Notes: generated from the letters alone by a model not told the origin. Positions 18,841 to 28,420 are shown, counted from the first letter of the stretch. The stretch is DNA of 64,000 nucleotides from Promethearchaeota archaeon (GCA_048939995.1 JBHLOY010000001.1:224001-288000), one strand, 5' to 3'. Made by a program: numbers and translations.

Positions 18841-19938
18841 TTATATATTTCGAAAAAATGGTATAGATATTATTTGTCCTTTCAATAATTTTCCACGTAT
18901 TTCAATCTCCAGTTTAGTTCCGACTTGGCTGAATTCAGTTTTCACCAATCCTAATCCAATAGTTTTATCTAGTGTCGGTGAAAAACCCCCTGAAGTCACA
19001 TATCCGATTTCTTCACTATTTTTAAAAATTTTATATCTTTCTCTAATTATACCTCTTTCTAATAAGTTTAAACCTACTAAAATTCTATCAGTACCCTGAG
19101 ATTTTTGCATTTCTAGAATATCTTTACCAATATATGTTATCCCAGGCTTGGGTTTGGCAAGCCAATTAAGTCCAGCCTCTATGGGTGTTATTGAATCACT
19201 TATTTCATGCCCATAAAGTGAATAACATGCTTCTAATCTTAGAGAATCTCTTGCACCTAAACCCACTGGCCTAGCTCCAGTATTTAATAAAATATTCCAT
19301 ATCTTATCGGCAAACTCATTCTCAAATGATATTTCTACACCTTTTTCTCCAGTATATCCTGTTCTAGCAAGAAAAATTGGGATATTCTTTAGATTGCAAT
19401 GAGCAAAGTAGAATCGATTTATTTTTGATAAATCCACATCAATTAAGGGTTGTAGTAGTTTGTCTGAATTTGGTCCCTGAAATGCTAATCGACAACGTTT
19501 ATTAGATAAATTGCTAACTTTAACATCTTGATTTCCTATATGATTGCGTAACCACTCAAAATCTTTTTCTATGTTCCCAGCGTTTACAATCATTCTAAAT
19601 TTTTCTGGTGTTTCCTCATAATACACTAAATCATCTACAACTGTTCCATTTTCATAACACATTATTGAATATTGCCCTTTAGATGGCTCTAGTAAGCTTA
19701 AGTCATTAATCATTATATATTGGAGAAATGGAATGACATCCTTGCCTTCCAGTAAAAATTCACCCATATGTGAGATATCAAATACACCCGCATTTGAGCG
19801 GACGGCTTTATGCTCCTTTATAATACTCTCAAACTGTACAGGCATATAGAAACCCGCAAATTCAACCAATCTTGCACCTAATTTAACATGGGTATCATAA
19901 AGTGGTGTCTTCTTAATGTTTTCAGTCTTTTCCTTCGT
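18841..19938 (-). CDS. gcvT: Glycine cleavage system aminomethyltransferase T; N-terminus extends upstream of the track ORF, candidate ACG start at 19938
   Basis: FDISHMGE, ARTGYTGEKGVE, GLGARDSLRLEA, VTSGGFSPTL. The conserved KKTPLYDTHVKLGAR is in frame upstream of TTG 19869. Confidence 0.95.
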   Translation of the reverse strand, partial: TKEKTENIKKTPLYDTHVKLGARLVEFAGFYMPVQFESIIKEHKAVRSNAGVFDISHMGEFLLEGKDVIPFLQYIMINDLSLLEPSKGQYSIMCYENGTVVDDLVYYEETPEKFRMIVNAGNIEKDFEWLRNHIGNQDVKVSNLSNKRCRLAFQGPNSDKLLQPLIDVDLSKINRFYFAHCNLKNIPIFLARTGYTGEKGVEISFENEFADKIWNILLNTGARPVGLGARDSLRLEACYSLYGHEISDSITPIEAGLNWLAKPKPGITYIGKDILEMQKSQGTDRILVGLNLLERGIIRERYKIFKNSEEIGYVTSGGFSPTLDKTIGLGLVKTEFSQVGTKLEIEIRGKLLKGQIISIPFFRNI

Positions 19939-20054
19939 TAGATCTACACCTTTTTGTATATTGAATTTAATATTGTGAGTATAAAGTAGTAAGAATTATT
20001 TAAATTTTCAGCCTTAACTAAATTCGTGAAAAAAATTGTGAGAATAGGATTTAA

Positions 20055-20582
20055 TTATTCTTCTACGGGTATTTTTATTAATGATAATATATCATAACCT
20101 TGTATTAGATCTCGTCCATGTAAACTTCCAGTAAGTTCAATTATGAATGAAATCCCAACCACTATCCCACCAGATTTTTCAATCAAACTACATGCTGCTT
20201 TGGCAGTGCCTCCAGTTGCTAGTAAATCATCAAAAAGTAAAACTTTCTCTCCTTTTTCAATGGCATCGATATGCATTTCTATAGTATCTGTACCGTATTC
20301 AAGCTCATAAGTCTCACTAATAGTTTTATATGGTAATTTTCCTGGTTTCCTTATTAAAACAAACCCTGCATCTAATTTATAGGCTATAACACCACCCCAA
20401 ACATAGCCTCTAGCTTCTATTGCTGCGACCTTATCAATTCCCATATCCTTATAATAATCAATTATTTGATTGCATGATTCTTTGAAAGCATTATTATCTT
20501 TGCATAAGGTAGTAACATCTTTAAATTGAATTCCAGGTTTGGGCCAATCTGGAACATTCCTGATATATGTTTCTAAATCCAT
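20055..20582 (-). CDS. apt: Adenine phosphoribosyltransferase
   Basis: IRNVPDWPKPGIQFKDVT, IEARG, RKPGKLP, YELEYG, LFDDLLATGGT. Confidence 0.96.
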   Translation of the reverse strand: MDLETYIRNVPDWPKPGIQFKDVTTLCKDNNAFKESCNQIIDYYKDMGIDKVAAIEARGYVWGGVIAYKLDAGFVLIRKPGKLPYKTISETYELEYGTDTIEMHIDAIEKGEKVLLFDDLLATGGTAKAACSLIEKSGGIVVGISFIIELTGSLHGRDLIQGYDILSLIKIPVEE

Positions 20583-20804
20583 TAATATAGACCTTTTCTA
20601 AATATTTCAAATCAAATTTAATTTTAGTTAATGTTTATACTATTAAGAGTAATTAAAAATTATATTTAATTGAATCGTCCATAGGTAAACTTCAAATTTC
20701 AATTAATCAAAATTCAATTAATCTTATAATAATTAGAAAAAATTAAATAAATCATAATTTATAACAAATATATTATATAGTAAATTTTTTAAAAAAAAAA
20801 CCTC

Positions 20805-20843
20805 CTTCAGCAGAGCAGTTTGTATCTCTCTGCTTTACTGAAG
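20805..20843. other. Bulged stem-loop next to an A10/T10 run between divergent apt and the Rag-like GTPase
   Basis: CTTCAG (20805-10) pairs with CTGAAG (20838-43); CAGAG (20811-15) pairs with CTCTG (20828-32). GC-richer than the spacer. Function unknown. Confidence 0.5.
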
Positions 20844-20864
20844 CAATCCAATTATTTATATGAG

Positions 20865-21827
20865 TTGATTAAAATTAAGATACTCCTCTTTGGACCTCAA
20901 AACGCAGGTAAAACCAGCCTGATGAGAACGACATGCTTGGGATACAACTTCATGAAAGTTTTGAATCTTAAACCAACTAAAGGGATCTCAAGAGAGAATT
21001 TTATATTCCGTGGAATCATGGAGCTCAATGTGTGGGACAGTGGAGGTCAAGAACGCTATATGGAGAGATACTTTTCCGAAACACAGAGAGAACTTATATT
21101 TTCTGAAGTTACGACAGCAGTATTTATGGCTGAAGCTACTGTTATTGAACCTCGAGTGAAGGAGATTTTTGATAAATTTTTGACCTATATTTTTGAATTT
21201 AGCCCTCATTTAGAAAATATTTACGTATTATTAAATAAAATAGATTTACAAGACTCAAAAGAAGATGAGCTCTATAAATTATTAATTAAAGGAGTATCAG
21301 ATGACATAAGAGTGAAGTTAGCTTTCACACCAGTCTCTGTAAAAGAAGGAACTGCTCAACATCGTTTAATAGAAATATTAGATTATGAAATCCAAAAGAA
21401 TACTCTTGCCTTACAAAAGTTAGGAAAAATAAGACATTTATTAGATCAACTTAAGGTAAATACTTTATCAGAGTATCTTTTATTCAATCAACCTGATGGT
21501 TTGTTGATTGCTTCAACTCTCGGAAAAATCGAAACAAAACCTCTTCAATTCATGAAATTTGAGATTGGAACACTTGATTCGAATATATACCAAATTTTCA
21601 CTAAAATTATGGAGCTTATGAGTACTTCTGTTACACCTTTAGAATTAACAACTATTATATATGAAAGTGAAAACAATTATATCCTCGTCAGGGAAGTAAG
21701 TAACGGATCTGTTTTAATGGCGGTCACGCACAACAAAAAAAATGAAGTTTTTACCGGTGTCATGGATAGTCTAACAGGGGAAGATTTTGAAAATTTGAAG
21801 AAATATTTAGAAAATTCTGATTTTTGA
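20865..21827 (+). CDS. RagA/Gtr1-like GTPase with C-terminal roadblock-like domain
   Basis: KILLFGPQNAGKTSLM, LKPT, LNVWDSGGQERYMERYF..QRELIFSEV, VLLNKIDL. C-terminal EYLLFNQPDGLLIAST...IIYESENNYILVREV..SVLMAVT roadblock pattern. Start TTG 20865 preferred over TTG 20820. Confidence 0.85.
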   Translation: MIKIKILLFGPQNAGKTSLMRTTCLGYNFMKVLNLKPTKGISRENFIFRGIMELNVWDSGGQERYMERYFSETQRELIFSEVTTAVFMAEATVIEPRVKEIFDKFLTYIFEFSPHLENIYVLLNKIDLQDSKEDELYKLLIKGVSDDIRVKLAFTPVSVKEGTAQHRLIEILDYEIQKNTLALQKLGKIRHLLDQLKVNTLSEYLLFNQPDGLLIASTLGKIETKPLQFMKFEIGTLDSNIYQIFTKIMELMSTSVTPLELTTIIYESENNYILVREVSNGSVLMAVTHNKKNEVFTGVMDSLTGEDFENLKKYLENSDF

Positions 21828-21884
21828 ATTAAAAATAAAAATAGGAATTTAAGAAATATTTTTAAAAATTAGAAGTATAATCTA

Positions 21885-22727
21885 TTATTGTTCTTTATCC
21901 ATAAGTGCTTTTTTAATTAAGATATGTTGTTTTGCATGGTGTGGTGTTCGAACTACACTATCATTTACTTTCTCAATCTCTCTTGCTTGATCGCACATTA
22001 ATGCTGCTGTTCGCATCATTTCGTGAGCTGCAGCTAATAAAGGCATATAATCTTCTCTCTCTTTTAAGACAAAACAAGCCTTCCCCGTTATTTTAGAGAC
22101 TGAAGCCGCTAATTCAAAAGCCGCGATTGCTTTTGCGCGTGCATAAGGATTTGAAAACCTAGCAGCTTCAGTAGCATTTGTAGCATCAATTTCAATTTGG
22201 GGTAAAGCTGGAGTTCTTCCCTCTAACATATCTAATAATACTTTATTTAATTCATTTACAATCACGTTTAAAGCTCCTGTAATAGCAAGAACTTTTAACA
22301 GGTCCGAGTTAAAGCAGCTCATTTCTGTTGGATCTAAGAAAGGTCTTCTTGCTCCTATCATTGAATCGCAACCAACAATGATATAACCCATATTTTTTTC
22401 TTTGAATTCCTCAATAGCTTTTTTTGCAGGGGCATCGGAGATTATAATAGTTGGAATATTCCCTGCTAAATCTCTAGCAGCTTTTGGTCCTTTTAATGCC
22501 GCATTAGGACTTGACATTAAGATTAATTCTGGATTAAATTCTAATAGTTTTTTCATTGTTTCTACACATTCTTCTGGTGGATGCATTTTTGCTCCAGATG
22601 TAACTTCCCGGACATTTATCCTTATTGATTCAGCTCGCTCATCCAAAAGAAAAGCAAGTAAAAGAGAAGACCCAATTGTTCCATTTTTGAGGATGCCTAT
22701 GTTTAATATTTTACCTTCTTCACTCAA
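21885..22727 (-). CDS. mtd: F420-dependent methylenetetrahydromethanopterin dehydrogenase
   Basis: LLDERA, TSGAKM, SPNAALKGP, DSMIGARRPFLDPTEM, FSNPYARAKA, AREIEK..D.V.RTPH. Confidence 0.96.
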   Translation of the reverse strand: MSEEGKILNIGILKNGTIGSSLLLAFLLDERAESIRINVREVTSGAKMHPPEECVETMKKLLEFNPELILMSSPNAALKGPKAARDLAGNIPTIIISDAPAKKAIEEFKEKNMGYIIVGCDSMIGARRPFLDPTEMSCFNSDLLKVLAITGALNVIVNELNKVLLDMLEGRTPALPQIEIDATNATEAARFSNPYARAKAIAAFELAASVSKITGKACFVLKEREDYMPLLAAAHEMMRTAALMCDQAREIEKVNDSVVRTPHHAKQHILIKKALMDKEQ

Positions 22728-22887
22728 CTTTATTCACTTTGCCAAAATATTATATTAATTTAAGCTGTTATTTTACTTACAATTACCCACTATTTTTAAT
22801 ATTTTTTTAATTGACTCTCAATTTTAATAATTTTATATAAAATCAATGTCTAATTATTAATACAATCTATGAAAAAATAAGACTGTT

Positions 22888-23805
22888 ATGAAAATGCAAA
22901 TAAATGGAGTTGAAATTGTAGATACTTTTTGTGAGGCCTTTACCGCAGTATTCACCCGAATATTAGTAACTGCAAAAAATGAAAAATGGGTAAAAATTGC
23001 AGCTCAAGTAGCAACTGGGTATGGAACTTCTACTATACACTGTGATGCTGAAGCAGGCATTGATGTTTTTGTTCCTGCTGAAAAAACGCCTGATAAGCGG
23101 CCGGGAGTCGTTTTAATGTTTTTTAAAACCAAAAAGGATCAGATGGATAATGTATTACTAAACAGAATTGGACAATGCATTTTAACATGTCCAACAACTG
23201 CTTGTTTTGATGCGTTAGAAGGTTCCGTTGAACCAGAAAAAGAGTTTGAAATTAAAACTGGTTATAAATTGAAATTTTTTGGGGATAAGTTTGAAGAAAA
23301 AGTGGAAGGGCTTTACCCTTTCGAAGTATGGAAAATCCCAGTAATGGATGGTGAGTTTATAGTTCAAAGTAATTTCAAGGTTGGAAAAGGTATTGCGGGA
23401 GGGAACTTTTTAATACTTACAGAAAATCAGGATTCAGGATTAAAAGCTGCTGAAGCCGCAATTGATTCAATAAATGATATTGAGAATGTCATTGCTCCAT
23501 TCCCAGGAGGAATTGCACGATCTGGATCGAAAGTAGGGTCTAAGTATTCTTTTCTCAACGCATCGACAAATGATCCTCTCTGTCCTACTTTAAGAACAAA
23601 AATTGATAATTCGCAACTAGATGAAAATGATAATTGTGTTTATGAAGTAATTTTGGATGGAGCCACTGAGAATTCGATTAAAGAAGCGATGAGATTAGGA
23701 ATTATGGCTGCTGTAAAGGTTCCTGGAGTTAATAAAATTACTGCAGGAAATTATGGTGGGAATTTAGGAAAGTTTAACTATCAATTGCATGATATATTAA
23801 GATAA
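22888..23805 (+). CDS. ftr: Formylmethanofuran--tetrahydromethanopterin N-formyltransferase
   Basis: INGVEIVDTFCEAF, CDAEAGID, TPDKRPG, RIGQCILTCPTTA, PFPGGIARSGSKVGSKY, TAGNYGGNLG. Confidence 0.97.
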   Translation: MKMQINGVEIVDTFCEAFTAVFTRILVTAKNEKWVKIAAQVATGYGTSTIHCDAEAGIDVFVPAEKTPDKRPGVVLMFFKTKKDQMDNVLLNRIGQCILTCPTTACFDALEGSVEPEKEFEIKTGYKLKFFGDKFEEKVEGLYPFEVWKIPVMDGEFIVQSNFKVGKGIAGGNFLILTENQDSGLKAAEAAIDSINDIENVIAPFPGGIARSGSKVGSKYSFLNASTNDPLCPTLRTKIDNSQLDENDNCVYEVILDGATENSIKEAMRLGIMAAVKVPGVNKITAGNYGGNLGKFNYQLHDILR

Positions 23806-23830
23806 GTTAAACAGATAAAATTTTTTCTTT

Positions 23831-25522
23831 TTATTTTAATTTTCTTTTTATTTTTCTCTGAGGAGGTTGTTTTACTGGTTCTACTTCAGGCTTTATCTCC
23901 TTAACTTCTTCCTTTTTCGATTCTTTTTCGACAGTCTTAACTTCCTTCTTTTTTGAAGGAATTTCTTTTTTCCTTGATATCTCAACGGATTTAACTTTTA
24001 TTCGCTTATAAGAAAATGCGATTCCTAATAATAACCCAAATATTATCCCAATACTTAATGTAATCCAAGGCAATATTGGAGTTAAAGTATCTGGAATGAT
24101 CCTGATTTCTTTTGGCCCTAAGCCATAATCAGATGTAAGATGTGTAACACCGCCATCTATATCAGTTGCAGAAATATAAATATACCATATCCCTGTAATT
24201 AGATTAACAGAACTCACTTTAATCACCATATTATCAGAAAAAACTTCTGATACATTATACCATTCATCGTTTTCATCTAATAATCCAATTGTTACATAAG
24301 ATATTGTATCTTCAATGTCAGAAATATTAAATGTGAAAAGAATATTTTCACCATAATTAATTGCAATACTTTCTTGAATAGTTCTGCCATTTATCCAATA
24401 ATCGTGAATTATGGGTGGATTATTTACGACAATTAAGGTAGTGTTATACTTTTCTTTTCCGCTATATTGATCTTTAGCTTCCAATAATGCTTGATAAATT
24501 CCAGTTGGTTTATCAGCAGCAATAGAAAAAGTTTTTTCAAATGTCCAATCTTTATTGTTGGTCAAAAGAATAGGGCTTTCTCTTAATCCCATAGGAGTGA
24601 TTAATATTAATGATACATTAGTTCGTCCTGCTTTTGCATTTGGATCGATATCAGAAATATTCAATGATATTTGACACTCTTCGGTTCTTTTAAATTCGAA
24701 TTTTGAAAAATTAACTGAGGAGATAATGATTTCTGGAACGGAATTCATAACCTTGAACGGAATATAGGCAGCTTTCCTTATAAATGGTGAGTTATCTGAC
24801 ATATTGAGTTTAATATAATAAACTTTATCTGGTTGAGTAAATCTCTCATCGATTTGAAATGAAGCTTGCTGAACATTATTTCCTAAATTAAGAAGATTCA
24901 ATTGACTAGTTTCAGATATAGTATCAACAACAGTTATATTCCAATTGAAATTATACACATCATAATCATCTATATAAAATTCAGCATAGAGTGTTTCTCC
25001 TCTGTTTTGTTCATAACTATTAATATACGCTAAGTAATTCGATTTAATTGTAAAATTTGAGTATGTAGTATGGGCATTTATTACCAGATCTGATGTATTG
25101 TAAATCAAAAAGCTAACATTCTGGAACCCTAATGGAGCATAAGATTTAGGAGAATAAACATATTGATATTGATTAATACCTATAAAGGACATATAATAAT
25201 TTTCTATAGTATTATTAGAAAAATCTATTTGCATGATTGTATAATCTACATCGTTGAAACCAGATGTATCCAAAGTAAATTCAATCGATTCAAAGACTCG
25301 ATAAATTTCTGTAGTATTTCGAGAGATATCTGAATAATTTAGGGCTAAATGGTTAATTTGAGCGGTTTTTAAATCGATAGAAATATCATCGTCAGGATTT
25401 TTGGTATATATAGGGTCAGATTGTTGTTGAATAACAGTAGTATTACAACCAATTACTATGAATAGAATTCCAATAAATGTAGTAACTACTAATTTTTCGT
25501 ACTTTACCATTACTATGGTCAT
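23831..25522 (-). CDS. Single-pass membrane-anchored surface glycoprotein with beta-sandwich (Ig-like) repeats
   Basis: N-terminal hydrophobic signal, many N-x-S/T sequons, repeated N..P.I...(N/S)ISD.D modules, C-terminal TM and a Lys/Glu-rich tail. Confidence 0.72.
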   Translation of the reverse strand: MTIVMVKYEKLVVTTFIGILFIVIGCNTTVIQQQSDPIYTKNPDDDISIDLKTAQINHLALNYSDISRNTTEIYRVFESIEFTLDTSGFNDVDYTIMQIDFSNNTIENYYMSFIGINQYQYVYSPKSYAPLGFQNVSFLIYNTSDLVINAHTTYSNFTIKSNYLAYINSYEQNRGETLYAEFYIDDYDVYNFNWNITVVDTISETSQLNLLNLGNNVQQASFQIDERFTQPDKVYYIKLNMSDNSPFIRKAAYIPFKVMNSVPEIIISSVNFSKFEFKRTEECQISLNISDIDPNAKAGRTNVSLILITPMGLRESPILLTNNKDWTFEKTFSIAADKPTGIYQALLEAKDQYSGKEKYNTTLIVVNNPPIIHDYWINGRTIQESIAINYGENILFTFNISDIEDTISYVTIGLLDENDEWYNVSEVFSDNMVIKVSSVNLITGIWYIYISATDIDGGVTHLTSDYGLGPKEIRIIPDTLTPILPWITLSIGIIFGLLLGIAFSYKRIKVKSVEISRKKEIPSKKKEVKTVEKESKKEEVKEIKPEVEPVKQPPQRKIKRKLK

Positions 25523-28290
25523 CTCCTTAGCAGTTTATGTTTGATCTCTTTATTTTTATAAAATATAACAATTCCAATCGGAATAATTATGGGTAATAGA
25601 TAAAATATAATAAAGTTGAATGGAGTTAGCTCAACTTTTACTTTAAAGTAATACTGGGCAATAATTTCATTTGAATTATCTCTTAATATGAAACCATATG
25701 ATTTGGTTTCAAAATCATAGGGATTAATGGTAGGTAATATTTTCGCGATAATTCTGTTTTCACCAGGCCCTAATCCATTTATATTCGTTTCTATTCTTTC
25801 CCCATTAACATACAACGAAATTAATTCTGAAATTTTTTGATTATTTTGAATAACCATAATAAAATAGGCATATTCTCCCTGGGGTACAAGATCGGGAAAA
25901 TGAACACTTAGAATTTCAAATTTTCTAATGATTTGGATAGTAAATAATTTTGAATATAAAATTGTAGTTCCTTTTTTAATATTCATTTCTATATCAATAC
26001 TATTAAATATGATGTTCTCTGCTAAATTAAGGGTATAGTATAAAGTTTTAGTTTCGCTTTTTAACAAAATAACCTCTTCTAATAATTCTTGAGCTAAATA
26101 ATCTCCAGAGAAACTTATGTTTACATATTGAGAACTATTTGGTAAAAAATTCGTAAGTGTTAAAGCAACTCTTACATTTCCTCCACTTATTGCACTATCT
26201 TCATAAAAGAAGTTAAAATAATCGAAAGAATATCCGATATTAATTGGTTTAATAATTTCTAAGTAGAGGATATTATCTTTTTTAAGTTGCCATGTTATCT
26301 GATTAGGACCTAATTTTGCGTCGAGTACTGTCTTTAGGTTAAATGATATATTAGTTAAAACTTGAGATGGGAAGAATATTACCTTTGATTCATTGAATAT
26401 GTCATAACCCTGCATGGATAAATTTAAAGTAACATCATCTTTTCGCGTGTTATTTATTTGAAGGGTTATATTTAGAGTGGGACCCTGATAAAGTGTGCTA
26501 GGTAATCCCAATATCTTAACATTAACTAATCCAGAGGCTATATTATAACGTTTCAAAGCAAATGCTGTTGCAAAAATGGAGCTATTTGCATATATATAAA
26601 GATAATAATCATTCCCAATTGGCATGGTATCATTTATATTATATATTAGAGTTATTGAATTACCTAATATTTGACGCTCTCTTTTTTCTAGGAGTGTACC
26701 ATTTGGAAATTTAAATAAGTATGAAATGTCTGCACTATTAATATAATAAATACTCTCGAATGTCTTATATCTACCTTCAGTAAAATTATAATATTCAATT
26801 TCTTTCTCAAAAGCATAATTACAAGTAATATTCATATTATCTTGATTAAATATAAAGTCTGGTATAGGTTCTGATCTATTATATTGGGCATTAATAACTG
26901 TGCTATTATAAATTTCAAATGCATATAAGTATGCTTCACTCAGTTTTAAATTTGCATAGAAATCCTTATTATTATTAAGAGGAGAGTCTATAGAACGTCT
27001 GTATGCATTTACTGCTCCATCATAAAAGCTATTTTCAAAAGTTTCGTGTAATTGCCAAGCTCGATTATAATATGTAGAATTTCCAGTAGTTTCGAATAAT
27101 TTTAAACAAGCAGTTAACATTATTGAATTTGCTTCTAGTTCAATAGCAGGATTAGCTCCTGAGATATCCCATACGCCATCACGACTATATTCGTATCCGT
27201 TAAATCCGGCATCCCACATCACTTCTAGCTTATTAAAAATGTTCTCCGCTAATTGAAGATATGTATCGTTTTGTAGACCGAATTCTTTCCAAAAATCGAT
27301 TAATGTTATTATTCCCAGAGCGTTAACATGTAAATATTTATAATTGCTACCTATATTCCAATTACTTAATGCATAATATCCAAATCCGCCATTTGCTTGA
27401 TCCCATAATTTCAATAAAAGCTTTTTCATTGTGGTATCTGCTAAAAAGAAAGCTCTATTTCTTATTGTAGGGGCTATATTTAGCTTTTTATACAATTTAT
27501 GCAACTCTAAATTTGCCAGGATTGCATATAAGTTACTTTCTGTATATTTATCAGTTGTTGAGTTATGATGGTAAAAACCTTCATTTGTAGAATCCCAAAA
27601 TTCTGAAGAATTTATTAGGAAAAATAATTCATCAATAGAATCTTTTGGATAATTTCCTCCAATATTAATATTGTTTATCTCAGAACCAATATTCTCAATC
27701 ATAAGAAAAATTGGCATTAAATTATCAATCAAATATCGATCATCATTAAAAACATCTTTAGTGCTGTTATCAGCTGAATTAACAAATCCATATTTATATT
27801 GGTTAATATTTCCCTCAAACCATAAAGGATATTCTTTTAATTTTAAATAATTACTATATGTTTCAATTGGAGTGATATCCTCTTTCAATAGAGATTTATA
27901 AAGCAATAAATTATCAAGTGGATATACTTTATCATCAATTATCGTACCCAAATTATTCCCTTCTCTATAGAAGGTATCTATATCCAATTCTAATTCAGAT
28001 ACGTACTTATTTCCAAAAAATTGCCACATGTCATCAAAATTCTTTTTAAAAGGATCTTGAAAAAGATATCCAATATCTGCTGAGTTTGGAAATTGTTTTT
28101 CTATAATTTCATTGTTATTATTTTCATCTTCTAAAAAAGTCACCTCGTTATTAGGCCAAGAGAAATCCTTAAGAAAAAATATAGCACTAATGGTAATAGT
28201 GAAAATTATGAGCAAACTGATAAATTGCTTCATTTTTACTGTGCGTATTCCACGATTTTTCCGAAAAGCAGATGTGTTCATGAGTTTCAT
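25519..28290 (-). CDS. Large surface protein: helical (alpha/alpha)6 glycoside-hydrolase-like region, beta-sandwich stalk and C-terminal TM
   Basis: Signal anchor; repeats FWDSTNEGF, LWDQANGGF, MWDAGFNGY, FYDGAVNAY each followed by K...N..helix; LFETTGNSTYYNRA; C-terminal TM. Stop overlaps the next start (ATGA). Confidence 0.7.
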   Translation of the reverse strand: MKLMNTSAFRKNRGIRTVKMKQFISLLIIFTITISAIFFLKDFSWPNNEVTFLEDENNNNEIIEKQFPNSADIGYLFQDPFKKNFDDMWQFFGNKYVSELELDIDTFYREGNNLGTIIDDKVYPLDNLLLYKSLLKEDITPIETYSNYLKLKEYPLWFEGNINQYKYGFVNSADNSTKDVFNDDRYLIDNLMPIFLMIENIGSEINNINIGGNYPKDSIDELFFLINSSEFWDSTNEGFYHHNSTTDKYTESNLYAILANLELHKLYKKLNIAPTIRNRAFFLADTTMKKLLLKLWDQANGGFGYYALSNWNIGSNYKYLHVNALGIITLIDFWKEFGLQNDTYLQLAENIFNKLEVMWDAGFNGYEYSRDGVWDISGANPAIELEANSIMLTACLKLFETTGNSTYYNRAWQLHETFENSFYDGAVNAYRRSIDSPLNNNKDFYANLKLSEAYLYAFEIYNSTVINAQYNRSEPIPDFIFNQDNMNITCNYAFEKEIEYYNFTEGRYKTFESIYYINSADISYLFKFPNGTLLEKRERQILGNSITLIYNINDTMPIGNDYYLYIYANSSIFATAFALKRYNIASGLVNVKILGLPSTLYQGPTLNITLQINNTRKDDVTLNLSMQGYDIFNESKVIFFPSQVLTNISFNLKTVLDAKLGPNQITWQLKKDNILYLEIIKPINIGYSFDYFNFFYEDSAISGGNVRVALTLTNFLPNSSQYVNISFSGDYLAQELLEEVILLKSETKTLYYTLNLAENIIFNSIDIEMNIKKGTTILYSKLFTIQIIRKFEILSVHFPDLVPQGEYAYFIMVIQNNQKISELISLYVNGERIETNINGLGPGENRIIAKILPTINPYDFETKSYGFILRDNSNEIIAQYYFKVKVELTPFNFIIFYLLPIIIPIGIVIFYKNKEIKHKLLRR

Positions 28291-28420
28291 ATTGAAAATT
28301 ATTTAGATTTTAAATTTTTATAAATTAAAGCTATATTTTTTTAAAAAATTTTCTTCTCTTTAAAATTTTTTTCTGAAAATCTCTTTTTTTTTGAGATATT
28401 TTAACTTTAATTTCAACCTA

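Noticed and set aside
20640-20843. Canonical glycine riboswitch upstream of apt-gcv
   Set aside because: Only the GAGAG...GAAGGAG half is present, there is no CTCTCAGG, and apt lies between it and gcvT. Kept only as an unexplained hairpin.
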